A stretch of DNA of 64,000 bases from an uncultured Spirochaetota bacterium (GCA_963783575.1 CAWAOD010000005.1:448001-512000), one strand, 5' to 3'. Positions 10,303-21,195 are shown, numbered from the stretch's first letter. The notes: generated from the letters alone by a model not told the origin. Made by a program: numbers and translations.

Positions 10303-10692
10303 ATGATTATTAATGCATCAAACAGATCAGTTCATGATAATTATATTGTTAATGCTTTAATTGATATTGAAAACTCGAATATAATTTTATCCACAAAATA
10401 CGAGAATGAAAATACAGTAATATTATTTGAAAATGTTTTGTGTCACAGTTTTGAAAATATAATCAACCAAAATATTATTTTAGATATTACTGAATATAAT
10501 ATTTCAGAATTTATTGATAGAATATCGCAACATTTATTAAATAATAAAAAATATTGTGATCCTCCAATTAATTGGGAAAATATTGATGATTTAAAAACAA
10601 AATTAACAAATTTGAAATATTTTGGATATGATATTTATAGTTCAATTGGTTTGAACGGTTGGGTTATTTCAAAACAAATGATTATAAAATAA
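10303..10692 (+). CDS. Cassette 1: hypothetical protein
   Basis: ORF with GAGG RBS in cassette 10246-10732. Confidence 0.75.
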   Translation: MIINASNRSVHDNYIVNALIDIENSNIILSTKYENENTVILFENVLCHSFENIINQNIILDITEYNISEFIDRISQHLLNNKKYCDPPINWENIDDLKTKLTNLKYFGYDIYSSIGLNGWVISKQMIIK

Positions 10693-10729
10693 GAAGTTAG
10701 ATGCTTATACAGGCACAAAAACTTCGTTT

Positions 10730-10974
10730 AACAGCGGCTATATCGCTCCGGTGCTCGAAAAAACTTTTCAGGGCGTAACGGAGGAGAAAGAGAAAAGTTT
10801 TTCCTGCGCTCCTCGGGTTCGCCCGTTTTTGCTTTTAGTAAAAAGAGAAAGGGGTTCAAATTGACTATGATGATTATTAAAATAAAGGTTATTATTTACG
10901 GGCTCACCAAACCCGCAAACTTAAGCGCGCGGGGCTGGCGCTAAGGTTTGCGGGCTTCGTATAGCCGCACCGTT
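10730..10974 (+). repeat. attC-like site 1 (type A, 245 bp)
   Basis: AACAGCGGCTATATCG...CGTATAGCCGCACCGTT with internal hairpins. Confidence 0.88.
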
Positions 10975-11004
10975 CTACGCAATTTTGCAAAGGATGGTTC
11001 TATT

Positions 11005-11451
11005 ATGGATAATATAGAAAAAAGATATGATATTAAGAGTGAAAAAACAATTAGTGAAATTATACTTAAAAATGGATGGGCTGATAGAATTTATTGGGAT
11101 AGAAATGATTGGTATATTGAATGGTCTGTAAAAGGTAAAAATATATTAAATAGAATTCCTAATATTCTCAATCAAATTGATGAATTAAATGATTCTGATA
11201 AGAATTGTATAAACTTTATGGTTAACTATTTTGGTATTAATAAGATTAAAAAGGATTTTGATGAAATCACTTTAAATATGCAAGAAGAAATTATAAAAAT
11301 TATTCAGAAAAGACTAATTATGAAAATACCAGATAAAATACTTGATAGTATTAGAAAAAATGGTCGTTCATATATAGCATTAGAAATGATTTTAGATACA
11401 GTAAAATCAGAACCATTAAAAGAATTAAAAAAATATATAAAGTCTTTGTAA
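11005..11451 (+). CDS. Cassette 2: hypothetical protein
   Basis: ATG at 11005; the longer ORF call from 10948 starts inside the attC-like site. Confidence 0.7.
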   Translation: MDNIEKRYDIKSEKTISEIILKNGWADRIYWDRNDWYIEWSVKGKNILNRIPNILNQIDELNDSDKNCINFMVNYFGINKIKKDFDEITLNMQEEIIKIIQKRLIMKIPDKILDSIRKNGRSYIALEMILDTVKSEPLKELKKYIKSL

Positions 11452-11473
11452 TACGCTTTGCAAAACTGCGCAG

Positions 11474-11717
11474 AACAACGGCTATATCGCTGCGGTGCTC
11501 GAAAAAACTTTTCAGGGCGTAACGGAGGAGAAGAGAAAAGTTTTTCTTGCGCTCCTCGGGTTCGCCCGTATTTGCTTTTTGGAAAAAGAGAAAGGAGTTC
11601 AACTTGACTATGATGATTAATAAAATAAAAGTCATTGTTTACGGGCTCACCACATTTGCAAGCCTAAGCGCGCGGGGCTGGCGCTAAGGCTTGCAAACGT
11701 CGTATAGCCACACCGTT
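11474..11717 (+). repeat. attC-like site 2 (type A)
   Basis: Near-copy of site 1. Confidence 0.88.
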
Positions 11718-11758
11718 GTACGAAATGGTGCAACAACTTATTAAATTAAGGATAATTT

Positions 11759-12310
11759 ATGCCTGAAAATCAACATTTAAAATCTGCTCGTAATGATTAC
11801 AATCCTGACCCTTTTTATTTTTTTGAAGAAAATGAGACCTTCAAAAGGTATGTTGTTTATAATCCTTTTTATGATGTCATCAAAAATATTTTTATTGATA
11901 TAATTAGTAATTACAATTCTGAAATTGAAATATTATTAAAAGATTTAAAGGATTATGATGAAACAGGAAAAAAAGATATAATTTGGGATCACTACTATAC
12001 TAAAACAACAAAAGATAAAATTCTAGAAGCATTGGATGTTCATTCAAAATACATATTTTATGATGGCTATCAACAATTATGCATTAGAGATTCAATAACT
12101 GAGGATTATTTTGCTTTCGATGATCATGGTATTTTATTTATCTATTCTGAAAATAAATTGATTGAAGATATTCTAAAAAAATATAAAATTAAGAACTCTA
12201 AAAATGAATTAATTCTTGAAAAACCGCATTGGCATATAAGACCTAAAGATGCAGATGATTTAAAAATTAGTTTCATAAAAGATCTTAAAATAGATAGGTC
12301 TAATGATTAA
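11759..12310 (+). CDS. Cassette 3: hypothetical protein (paralog of cassette 13)
   Basis: Shares FKRYVVYN, FDDHGILFIY and HWHIRPKDAD with 31397-31939. Confidence 0.8.
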   Translation: MPENQHLKSARNDYNPDPFYFFEENETFKRYVVYNPFYDVIKNIFIDIISNYNSEIEILLKDLKDYDETGKKDIIWDHYYTKTTKDKILEALDVHSKYIFYDGYQQLCIRDSITEDYFAFDDHGILFIYSENKLIEDILKKYKIKNSKNELILEKPHWHIRPKDADDLKISFIKDLKIDRSND

Positions 12311-12331
12311 ATATGTTGCACCACTTCGTAC

Positions 12332-12545
12332 AACACGGCATAGCTGTTCCGCTCCGTCCTCGCGCGGCTCCGGGCGGTGCTCAGCCTTCGGCACATTTGC
12401 CTTTGTCATCTTTTTTGCATATTTTAAATTTAATAAAAAGGGTTATAAAATGAAATGCTTTAATATATTTAAAGGCTGGTTCTGGAGTTGCAAAAAAGAC
12501 GCCAATCGCTGACGCGAGCGGCAAACGTCAGCTATGCCTACCGTT
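12332..12545 (+). repeat. attC-like site 3 (type B, long)
   Basis: AACACGGCATAGCTG...CAGCTATGCCTACCGTT. Confidence 0.85.
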
Positions 12546-12596
12546 GTACGAAATGTCTTGGTGCCAAGATTTTAGTTAAAGGAGATTATTATAATT

Positions 12597-13082
12597 ATGA
12601 AAAAACAATTAAAAAAAGAACCTACTAATATTGAGTTTATTTATAGTGTTATAAATAATATTCGAGGATCGAAATTAAATTATTCTTGGCGTGATTCTGG
12701 TACTATCTTCTTCGAAATTGGAACTATCATTAAAAAAGATAATCGTAATCATCCAGAAGGAAAATTTTCTTTTATGATTGATTATCCATGGCGTTTTGAA
12801 AAAAGCAATGCTATTATCTGTTCTTCAGAATTTAGTACTACAGAAAGAGACAATTTTCTCCAAAACATAATTGGGAAATCAATATTAAATATTGATTTTG
12901 TTACATGTTGTAATGATTTAATTATTGAATTTAATGATTTAGTATTCCGGCAATTTTCAATTGAATCTGATTTACACTCTTGGTCATTACGTATCAGGAA
13001 TGAAAATAACGAATATTTAAAAAATGATGTAGATCATTTTTGGTTATCTTTTGAAGAAAAAAATTTCTTGATTGAATTTTGA
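12597..13082 (+). CDS. Cassette 4: hypothetical protein
   Basis: ORF with AAGGAG RBS inside cassette. Confidence 0.75.
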   Translation: MKKQLKKEPTNIEFIYSVINNIRGSKLNYSWRDSGTIFFEIGTIIKKDNRNHPEGKFSFMIDYPWRFEKSNAIICSSEFSTTERDNFLQNIIGKSILNIDFVTCCNDLIIEFNDLVFRQFSIESDLHSWSLRIRNENNEYLKNDVDHFWLSFEEKNFLIEF

Positions 13083-13139
13083 TAAATTAATGATTATAGA
13101 AAGAAAATAATAAAACATTGGCACCAAGCCACTTCGTAC

Positions 13140-13382
13140 AACCGCGGCTATATCGCTCCGGTGCTCGAAAAAACTTTTCCGGGCGTAACGGAGGAGAAGA
13201 GAAAAGTTTTTCCTGCGCTCCTCGGGTTCGCCCGTTTTAGATTTTGATTAAAGAGAAAGGAGTTCAACTTGACTATGATGATTATTAAAATAGAAGTCAT
13301 TATTTACAGGCTCACCACATTTTCGGGCCTAAGAGCGCGGGGCTAGCTCTAAGGCCCAAAAACGTCGTATAGCCGCACCGTT
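13140..13382 (+). repeat. attC-like site 4 (type A)
   Basis: Near-copy of site 1. Confidence 0.88.
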
Positions 13383-13462
13383 GTACGCAAGCCTGGCTGA
13401 AGCTGGTTTAAATAAAATAATTCGGCATCCTTGCCGAATAAAATAAATTAAGGGGTTTTATT

Positions 13463-14254
13463 ATGATAACAAAAATATTTTATTTTTCGACAACGGGTAA
13501 TTCATTATATGTGGCTCGCACAATAGCTGGAAAATTAGGTGAAACTGAAATTATTTCTATTCCAAAAGTTATTAAAGGACAAATTAATACAGATTCTGAA
13601 AGTGTTGGAATAATATTTCCAGTTTATGCCTGGGGACTTCCTCGAATTGTTGCCGAATTTACTGAAAAACTCAAATTAAACAAAAATCAATATGTTTTTG
13701 CAATAGCTACATGTATTGAAATGCCTGGAGCCACATTAGGACAGTTAAATAAAATTTTAAATAAAAATGGATCACATTTAAATGCTGGTTTTTTAATAAG
13801 AGAAAATTTCCGTCCAAATAGTGATAATGAAATGTCTATAGTAAAATTCATTAAAAAAGCCACAAAGATAAAGCCAATTCAATTAAAAGGGAGGCTTCAA
13901 GAAATAACAGATATTCTAAAAAATAAAAAGAAGCATAAACTGGAAATGAGTGCCAAAATGGCTCAAATTTTAGGTAATTCTTTTCATAAGGTTGCAATCA
14001 AAAAATATATGGCAGCAGATTTGAATTATAAATTGGATGAAAAATGTAATTTATGCGGTATTTGTATCAAGATATGTCCTCGTGAAAATATTAAAATGGA
14101 AAATGGAAAAATTTTATGGAATCAAAACTGTGAAGGTTGTCAAGGATGTTATCAGTGGTGTCCAAAGGAAGCGATTCATTTGACAGATGGTACAGATATA
14201 AAAGTTGGGTATCATCACCCTGAAATTGTCCTTGGAGACATTGTTTTAAGATAA
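13463..14254 (+). CDS. Cassette 5: EFR1-family flavodoxin/4Fe-4S ferredoxin
   Basis: YFSTTGNS, FPVYAWG, and two CxxCxxCxxxCP motifs. Confidence 0.88.
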   Translation: MITKIFYFSTTGNSLYVARTIAGKLGETEIISIPKVIKGQINTDSESVGIIFPVYAWGLPRIVAEFTEKLKLNKNQYVFAIATCIEMPGATLGQLNKILNKNGSHLNAGFLIRENFRPNSDNEMSIVKFIKKATKIKPIQLKGRLQEITDILKNKKKHKLEMSAKMAQILGNSFHKVAIKKYMAADLNYKLDEKCNLCGICIKICPRENIKMENGKILWNQNCEGCQGCYQWCPKEAIHLTDGTDIKVGYHHPEIVLGDIVLR

Positions 14255-14436
14255 AACTGCGGAATTTTTGTAAATTAACGCCATCCTTGGCTTGGCTTTT
14301 TGTACCGATTTTCAGCAAGGCTGGAAATGATAAACTAATTTACCAGGGTAGCAATAAATGAAATTCCCATACCTGTCACAAACAGATTTCCCATAGAGAA
14401 GCTTGAAGATTACCTTTAATGAAAATTCATTAAAGG

Positions 14437-15999
14437 ATGGCAGGAATGGTGAAAAATATTATGTATCAGGACATAAAAAAACTGAAACTTTTGGGGAAAA
14501 GTAAAAATGGTGTATCCCGGGAACTGTCAATAGATATTAAGACAGTCCGGAAATATTGGACTATGAACGATGCTGAATACCAGAAAAGCCTGATGGAATT
14601 CTCTTTCCGTGAAAAAGAATTCGAAGGAATAAAAACAGATATATTGAAAGTATATGCAAAGAATGATTACATCCGGCTGAATATGTCTGCTTTGTATGAC
14701 TATTTATTGGAGGTAAAAGGCAAACTACCGGCGAATGAAAATACGATGAGGAATTTCGTACATTACCTGATTGAAAGCGGGCAGCTTACCTTGAATGAAA
14801 AGCGACGGTATTACACAAAAGTGCCTGACATGCCATATGGAAAGCAGCTCCAGCTTGATTTCGGTCAATATACCGACAGATATGGCAGAAGGTATTACAT
14901 ATTTGCCGCGGTGTTATCCGCCAGTCGTTTTAAGTATGCGGCCCTCCAGGAGAGGCCATTCCGGACAGAAGACCTGATCAATCATCTGTTGGACTGTTTC
15001 GCATATATGGGCGGGATACCGCATGAACTTGTCATCGATCAGGACTGCACGATGGTTGCGAGTGAGAACTCAGGCGATATCATCTACACGAAAGACTTTC
15101 AGTATTTCATCGGGGAAATGGGTCTTAAAATGTATGTGTGCCGACCTGCTGACCCGGAAAGTAAGGGAAAGATTGAAAACGTAGTCAAATTCATCAAGCA
15201 CGGTTTCTTCTCAGTCCGGGAGTTCAACAGTTTAATGGAAGCGGAAGAAAGCCTGATGAAATGGCTGGAAAGAAAAGCCAACGGGAGAATATCCCAGGCT
15301 ACAATGAAAATACCACTGATAGAGATTGAAACGGAAAGACCATATCTCCAATCTGTCAGGAATTCGATATTCCGTAAAGACAGGATAGGAGCAAGGGAAG
15401 AGCGCAGTGTAAGCGATAAATGCCGGATCGCAGTTGATGCAAGCCAGTATGATATTCCCGAAAAATACAGGAACGGTTCGGTGGACATCTACAAGACGGG
15501 CAGTCGGCTTTTTGTCTTTGACAGGATAACGGGAGAGCAAATCGCCGAATACCGGCTTTCAGTGATTCCGGGGCAGATTGTAACCAACAGGGCAATGATC
15601 CGGGAAATGGGAAAGAGTGTGCAGTTATTGAAAGAAGAAGTAAGCGGGTACTTTGATATTCCCGGCTGGAAGGATTTTCTTGAATGTAATTTCAGGAAGT
15701 TCAATCGTTATGTAAGGGACCAATGTCTTTCCGGAAGAAAATACTTCAGGGACAAGATAATTGATACCGGGAAGCTTACACAAGCGATCTCAAACTGCCT
15801 GGAGAGTGATAGTTATTCCATGAAGGATTTGTGGGATAATTACCTGAACTGTTTTATAACAGAAAAGGCAGAAATACCCTTGAATGTTGAAAAGATTGTC
15901 AGGCCTTCAGTGAATCCTGAACACTATCTTGAAGTAGCTAAATCAGACATCGGGAAATACCAGAGTTTCTGTGACTCCATCGGGGGCCGGCAATGTTGA
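14437..15999 (+). CDS. istA: IS21 transposase
   Basis: QLDFG, VIDQD and PESKGKIENVVK motifs. Confidence 0.92.
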   Translation: MAGMVKNIMYQDIKKLKLLGKSKNGVSRELSIDIKTVRKYWTMNDAEYQKSLMEFSFREKEFEGIKTDILKVYAKNDYIRLNMSALYDYLLEVKGKLPANENTMRNFVHYLIESGQLTLNEKRRYYTKVPDMPYGKQLQLDFGQYTDRYGRRYYIFAAVLSASRFKYAALQERPFRTEDLINHLLDCFAYMGGIPHELVIDQDCTMVASENSGDIIYTKDFQYFIGEMGLKMYVCRPADPESKGKIENVVKFIKHGFFSVREFNSLMEAEESLMKWLERKANGRISQATMKIPLIEIETERPYLQSVRNSIFRKDRIGAREERSVSDKCRIAVDASQYDIPEKYRNGSVDIYKTGSRLFVFDRITGEQIAEYRLSVIPGQIVTNRAMIREMGKSVQLLKEEVSGYFDIPGWKDFLECNFRKFNRYVRDQCLSGRKYFRDKIIDTGKLTQAISNCLESDSYSMKDLWDNYLNCFITEKAEIPLNVEKIVRPSVNPEHYLEVAKSDIGKYQSFCDSIGGRQC

Positions 16000-16742
16000 A
16001 GATAAGAGAACAAATCATAACTGCGCTTACAACTCTCGGGTTGAAGGGTATGATAAAACGGATTGATGAGGAAATTGGTGAGGCTGAAAAGGCAAAAGAG
16101 TCTTATCTGAGTTTTCTGCAGAGGCTGCTTTCTCTGGAATTGAATTATAGAGTGGAAAAACGTTTTCAGCGGAATATGGCAGGAGCACACTTCCCGGTCC
16201 GCAAAGATGTGGAAGGTTTTAATTTTGAAAAAGTGAATGGAATATCTAAAATGGATGTTTCACAGCTATTGGATTTCTGCTGGATTGATAATCATCATAA
16301 CCTGTTGTTCTTTGGGTCTCCGGGGCTGGGGAAAACGCATCTGGCAATTAGTATCGGAATCCGGGCAGTTGAAAAGGGATATATTGTCTGCTTTGAAAGG
16401 ATGACTACTCTCATTAAGTTTCTGAAAACGGCGGACATCCAGAGAAGCTCTGCTTTCAGGCTGAACCGGATGATGAAGTCACACTTATTAATCATTGATG
16501 AGATAGGTTACACACCTATCGAAAAGAAGGAGGCAAATCTATTCTTTAGTCTTGTAAGTGAATTGTATGAAAAGACATCAATTGTGATAACATCGAATAA
16601 GGGATTTCAGGATTGGGCTGAAATGATGGGAGACCCGATTATGACAACCGCTCTTCTGGATAGGCTTTTACATCATTCAAATATTTATAACTTGAGCGGA
16701 GAATCTTACAGAATACAAAATTTGAATAAGGAGGTTGAGTAA
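15993..16742 (+). CDS. istB: IS21 helper ATPase
   Basis: GSPGLGKTHLA, LIIDEIGY, ALLDRLLHH, GESYR. Confidence 0.94.
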   Translation: MLKIREQIITALTTLGLKGMIKRIDEEIGEAEKAKESYLSFLQRLLSLELNYRVEKRFQRNMAGAHFPVRKDVEGFNFEKVNGISKMDVSQLLDFCWIDNHHNLLFFGSPGLGKTHLAISIGIRAVEKGYIVCFERMTTLIKFLKTADIQRSSAFRLNRMMKSHLLIIDEIGYTPIEKKEANLFFSLVSELYEKTSIVITSNKGFQDWAEMMGDPIMTTALLDRLLHHSNIYNLSGESYRIQNLNKEVE

Positions 16743-16896
16743 CCATTCTTTGCCTCCTCACTATGGGAAATACTCACGTGGAAGGTATGGGGAAAACTCT
16801 TGTGAAGCATATGGGAAATACTCTTGTGGAAGGGGTGGGAAATTACCCGAGCGCAGATATGGGAAAAACTCTTGACATTTCCAAAGGCCAGCGTAC

Positions 16897-17048
16897 AACA
16901 GCGGCTATACGCTGCGGTGCGTCCTCGCGGGGCTCCGGGCGCTCCTCGGTCCTGCGGACACATTTTGCTTTGTCACGGCTTTTGCTGCGTGGGATGCAAA
17001 AGCCGCGCCAACCCTACGGGACGCAAAACGTCGTATAGCCGCACCGTT
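16897..17048 (+). repeat. attC-like site 5 (152 bp)
   Basis: AACAGCGGCTATACG...CGTATAGCCGCACCGTT. Confidence 0.85.
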
Positions 17049-17544
17049 AAACGAAAGTACGTTCGCCAGCTTAATAATTTAATGAGGTATTATGACAAAT
17101 AAAAATTTTACAAACAATGTTTTTAATAAGTTGGTTAAAAATGAAAATACTTTAACTGAATGTTTTAGAAATTTATTAGGATATAAATCATTTTTGAAAT
17201 TATTCCTTCTATTTTTAAAAAATAAATGTGGTGATATATCTTTTTCTTCAGATGAAATTGAGACACAAAAAGACTTATCTGAATATGGAAAACCTGATAT
17301 TTATATTGAAAACAATAAAACGGTAATTATTATTGAGAATAAACTTAAGTATACTTCATTAACAAATAATCAACCCTTATCATATTTACAATACTTAATA
17401 AACAATGATAAGCAATTTAAGTATTTAATCTTTATTATATCAAAAGTCTACATCCACTTAAATGAGCTAAATAATATTATTAAAGAAACTGATTCTGTTA
17501 TACCAATAAAACTTGTGTTTTGGGAAGATTTTTTAGATCAACTA

Positions 17545-18677
17545 GTGCTTAATTGCGTAAGTTAACGATAGTATTTCTTAATTGAGAACCTTTCACTTCC
17601 CGTTTTCTCCACACAAAAGGTTTTGCGGTTTCAGTGTATGCTTTAACAAATGCATCTATTGCTTCTCTCAATTCTTCCGTGTTTTTAAAACTGGCGCCTC
17701 TAAGAGCTTTTCGGCTCATAATACCAAACCATATTTCCACCTGATTTAACCAACTTGCCGAAGTAGGCGTGTAATGAAAAAAAACATTCTTATTCCGGGA
17801 TAACCATTCATCGTTCTTTTTGTGAATACAATAATTGTCTAAAATTACATGAATTTCTTTATCTTTTGAAACATCTACCACCACTCTATCCATAAACTCA
17901 AGAAATTCAATACGTCTTTTGTATTCAGTAGTTTGGGTGTGTATTAACCCTGTAGCTACTTCCAGCGCAGCAAATAGGTTCAGCGTTCCATTTCTTTTAT
18001 ATGTACTTTTGTATCCTCTTACAATTTTTCCATTATCCGTCTCTACATAGCCGGTTGTCCTTTCCAACGCTTGAATACCAGGTTTTTCGTCTACAGATAT
18101 AACCAATGCATTCATCGGCGGATTTAAATACAACCCAATAATATTTGTGGCTTTTGTCGAAAATTCAGGATCAGTGCTGACACACCAACTTCGCTGTCGG
18201 GATAAGCAAATTCCTTCTTTTCTTAAAACCCTCCATACCGCATGCGTTGATGTGTTTAAATGTTTTGCTAAAGCCGGACCATCCCAAATTGCCTGCCCGA
18301 TAGGCGGTGTTTTTTCCAGAGTTTCTAAAACTTTGTCCCTGAAATTCTGCCCATATATTTTTGGCTTTCCTGACCTGGGCAGATCATACAATCCATCAAT
18401 TCCTTTTTGCTGAAATCTTTTTTTCCAATCAATAACCGTATTTGGTCTTATGTGAAGGTCAGCCGCAATCTCAGATACATTTTGTCCTTTCAGGCTATTG
18501 ACAATTATTTTCGCCCTCTCTACAAGTCGCGCTTCCATAGTTCGGCTTCTCACCCAACTATCAAGAATAATTTCATCCGCTTTGGTGCATGTTATAACTT
18601 GCGTTTTCTTAGACATACAACCTCCTTTTTTATGTCTAAGATTATAATTAATAACGCTTATTATTGCAATTAAGCAC
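17545..18677 (-). mobile_element. IS630-family insertion sequence
   Basis: TIRs GTGCTTAATTGC / GCAATTAAGCAC flanked by duplicated TA (in CTAG context). Confidence 0.92.
17549..18616 (-). CDS. IS630 transposase
   Basis: SVDEKPGIQAL, ILDNYCIHK and TPTSASWLNQVEIWF motifs. Confidence 0.93.
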   Translation of the reverse strand: MSKKTQVITCTKADEIILDSWVRSRTMEARLVERAKIIVNSLKGQNVSEIAADLHIRPNTVIDWKKRFQQKGIDGLYDLPRSGKPKIYGQNFRDKVLETLEKTPPIGQAIWDGPALAKHLNTSTHAVWRVLRKEGICLSRQRSWCVSTDPEFSTKATNIIGLYLNPPMNALVISVDEKPGIQALERTTGYVETDNGKIVRGYKSTYKRNGTLNLFAALEVATGLIHTQTTEYKRRIEFLEFMDRVVVDVSKDKEIHVILDNYCIHKKNDEWLSRNKNVFFHYTPTSASWLNQVEIWFGIMSRKALRGASFKNTEELREAIDAFVKAYTETAKPFVWRKREVKGSQLRNTIVNLRN

Positions 18678-19201
18678 TAGATCAAAGTGGCCTTTGTGAA
18701 ATAAATCCAATTATTTTTGATTTTAGATTAATTATGAAAAAGTGGTTTTATGTTTGTGAAATTGTATTTTCAATGGAGGATATTGAAATGATTGATAATA
18801 GACAAATTCCAGAGTTAATTATAAAAATCTATTCTGTAATTAATGATGTAAAAAATAATTTAGAAAATTATAATACATCAAATTTGGAAGAAAGGCCACC
18901 CGATGCAACAACAACAGGCTTTTATATTAAAGATGAAAATAAAAATATCATTTTATGGTTTGGAACTTGGTTTGATTTATGGAAAGAGAAAGGCTTTTCA
19001 CTAGCATTTGGTTTACATAAAGATACTGATAATATTATTCTGGATAAATTTAATACTTGCTTTAAAGATAAAATATTTCAATATGATGATTGGTTATTAT
19101 GTGGTATTGACAAATTAATTCTGGAAGATAAGAAACCAGTTGATAATATACTTGAACTACTAAATAACTATTTGTAAAACATGGCGAACCTACCTTCGTT
19201 T

Positions 19202-19412
19202 AACAGCGGCTATACGCTGCGGTGCGTCCTCGCTTCGGCTCCGGTCGCTCCTCGGGTTCGCCCGTTTTTGCTTTTGATAAAATAGAAAGGAGTTCAAATT
19301 GACTATGATGATAAGTAAAATAGAAGTCTTTGTTTACGGGCTCACCACATTTGCAAGCCTAAGCGCGCGGGGCTAGCTCTAAGGCCCGAAAACGTCGTAT
19401 AGCCACACCGTT
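19202..19412 (+). repeat. attC-like site 6 (hybrid: site-5-type left arm, type A right part)
   Basis: Direct comparison with sites 5 and 2. Confidence 0.85.
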
Positions 19413-19445
19413 AAATGCAATTTTGGCCGGATTTGAGGTAAAAGA

Positions 19446-20285
19446 ATGAAAATAATAATAATTATGATTTTATTCGCATCAATTTCAGTTTTTGCTGATA
19501 CTCATTCACCTGTTATACTTTTACCAAATATTAAAATTACTTCGTCAGAATTATTTACAGAAAAGAATAAATATCCACTTTACAATCTTATCGATAAAAA
19601 TTCAAATACAACTTGGGTATTCAAAACCAGTAATATAAATCAAAGTAACATCTTTATTAATATTGAGGTAATAGATGACGATTTAATAAAATATATTAGA
19701 CTTATAAATGGATTTTCAAAATCTGAAAATCTCTATTTTGCTAACAACAGGATTATACAAATAGGATTAACAATTGATAATAATAATAAAAGTATCATTG
19801 ATTTAAAGGAAACATTAGATTTTCAAGATATTGAATTAAATAAATCAACAAAATCATTAATAATGTCTATATTAAAAGTAAATAAAGGCAGAAAATATCT
19901 GGATATTTGTATATCTGAGCTAGAATTATTAGATAGTAATAAAAACAATATATTAGATAAATATAACTATTTTATTTTCAATGAATCAGGTGAATACTCT
20001 GATATTTATATATATGATAAAAAGATAAATAAATATTTTCATTCAAATAAAGAAGGTATAACTGGTTATGGATTTTCACCAAATGGCGATAAAATATTTT
20101 TGAATTATAGTGAAATTGATGGCGTTGGTTTTGATGTCTATTATCTTAAAACAAAAGAAATAAAATCATATTTAACAAACAATAAATATGTAGAGACTAT
20201 GGATTGGATAAGTAATAATTATATAAAAATTAAGTGGTACGATTTGCGGGATATTAAAGGTATTACAAACATACTGATAAATTAA
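19446..20285 (+). CDS. Cassette 7: secreted protein with NADase-type glycan-binding/discoidin-like domain
   Basis: Signal peptide; NLIDKNSNTTW, INGFSKSENLYFANNRI, YLDICISEL. Confidence 0.65.
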   Translation: MKIIIIMILFASISVFADTHSPVILLPNIKITSSELFTEKNKYPLYNLIDKNSNTTWVFKTSNINQSNIFINIEVIDDDLIKYIRLINGFSKSENLYFANNRIIQIGLTIDNNNKSIIDLKETLDFQDIELNKSTKSLIMSILKVNKGRKYLDICISELELLDSNKNNILDKYNYFIFNESGEYSDIYIYDKKINKYFHSNKEGITGYGFSPNGDKIFLNYSEIDGVGFDVYYLKTKEIKSYLTNNKYVETMDWISNNYIKIKWYDLRDIKGITNILIN

Positions 20286-20305
20286 ACACGGCCAAAACTG
20301 CATTT

Positions 20306-20549
20306 AACAGCGGCTATATCGCTCCGGTGCTCGAAAAAACTTTTCAGGGTGTAACGGAGGAGAAGAGAAAAGTTTTTCCTGCGCTCCTCGGATTCGCCCG
20401 TATTTGTTTTTGATAAAAATAGAAAGGAGTTCAACTTGACTATGATGCTTATTAAAATAGAAGTCATTATTTACTGGCTCACCACATTTGCAAGCCTAAG
20501 CGCGCGGGGCTGGCGCTAAGGCTTGCAAACGTCGTATAGCCGCACCGTT
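20306..20549 (+). repeat. attC-like site 7 (type A)
   Basis: Near-copy of site 2. Confidence 0.88.
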
Positions 20550-20592
20550 GTGCGAAAGTCGTGGCAGCTCTATATTAAAATAGGAGTTAGTT

Positions 20593-21162
20593 ATGGATCA
20601 TAATTTAGAGAAAGTATTAAAAAATGGGAAAAAACAAGAGTTTATAAAATTTACATCTTTAATGAATGTAATTGATGATAAAGGGCAATTTCCTTTAAAA
20701 TATTCAGTAGTAAATTCAAATTATGATACTTTTAAAGAATTAATTCCTTACACAAATGTAAATTTGGCAGATAATTATGGTGTAAATGCATTAATAACTA
20801 TAATAAGTAATATCAAAAATGACAAAAATCAAATTGATAAAATAAAATTACTATTACAATATGGTGCAGATGTAAATTCTAAAACTATTGCTGGAATTAC
20901 TCCTTTAATGACTGCTGTATTTATTGGGAAGATTGATATAATTAATATATTAATAAATTCAGGTGCAAATATCAATGATATAGGAAATGATGGTAAATCT
21001 GCTTTATTTCTAGCTGTCATAGCTAATAATAAAGCTATAGTAGAATGTTTATTAAAATATAATGCGAATACTAATTTGATTGATAAAGATAATAAGTCAA
21101 TATTAAATTATTCTAGAAATAAGGATATAACAAAATTATTAGTTGATGCAGGTGCTAAGTAA
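20593..21162 (+). CDS. Cassette 8: ankyrin-repeat protein
   Basis: GITPLMTA...LINSGANIN and GKSALFLA repeats. Confidence 0.9.
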   Translation: MDHNLEKVLKNGKKQEFIKFTSLMNVIDDKGQFPLKYSVVNSNYDTFKELIPYTNVNLADNYGVNALITIISNIKNDKNQIDKIKLLLQYGADVNSKTIAGITPLMTAVFIGKIDIINILINSGANINDIGNDGKSALFLAVIANNKAIVECLLKYNANTNLIDKDNKSILNYSRNKDITKLLVDAGAK

Positions 21163-21195
21163 GTTTGTTGGTTAAATATGCCCCGACCATCGCAC

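Larger units (their letters stand above)
14322..16883 (+). mobile_element. IS21-family insertion sequence
   Basis: Ends TGGAAATG / CATTTCCA; 5-bp DR AAGGC (14317-14321, 16884-16888); subterminal ATGGGAAA repeats; istA-istB pair. Confidence 0.92.
17092..19177 (+). pseudogene. Cassette 6: PD-(D/E)XK nuclease-family protein interrupted by IS630
   Basis: ENTLT...KPDIYIE...IIENKL...NQ motifs; removing the IS restores the frame (FWEDFLDQL-DQSGLCEINP...MKKWF). Confidence 0.8.

Noticed and set aside
16763..16873. ~24-bp periodic ATGGGAAA(T/A)ACTC repeats read as mini-CRISPR or iterons
   Set aside because: They lie inside the IS21 right end, where multiple transposase-binding repeats are normal
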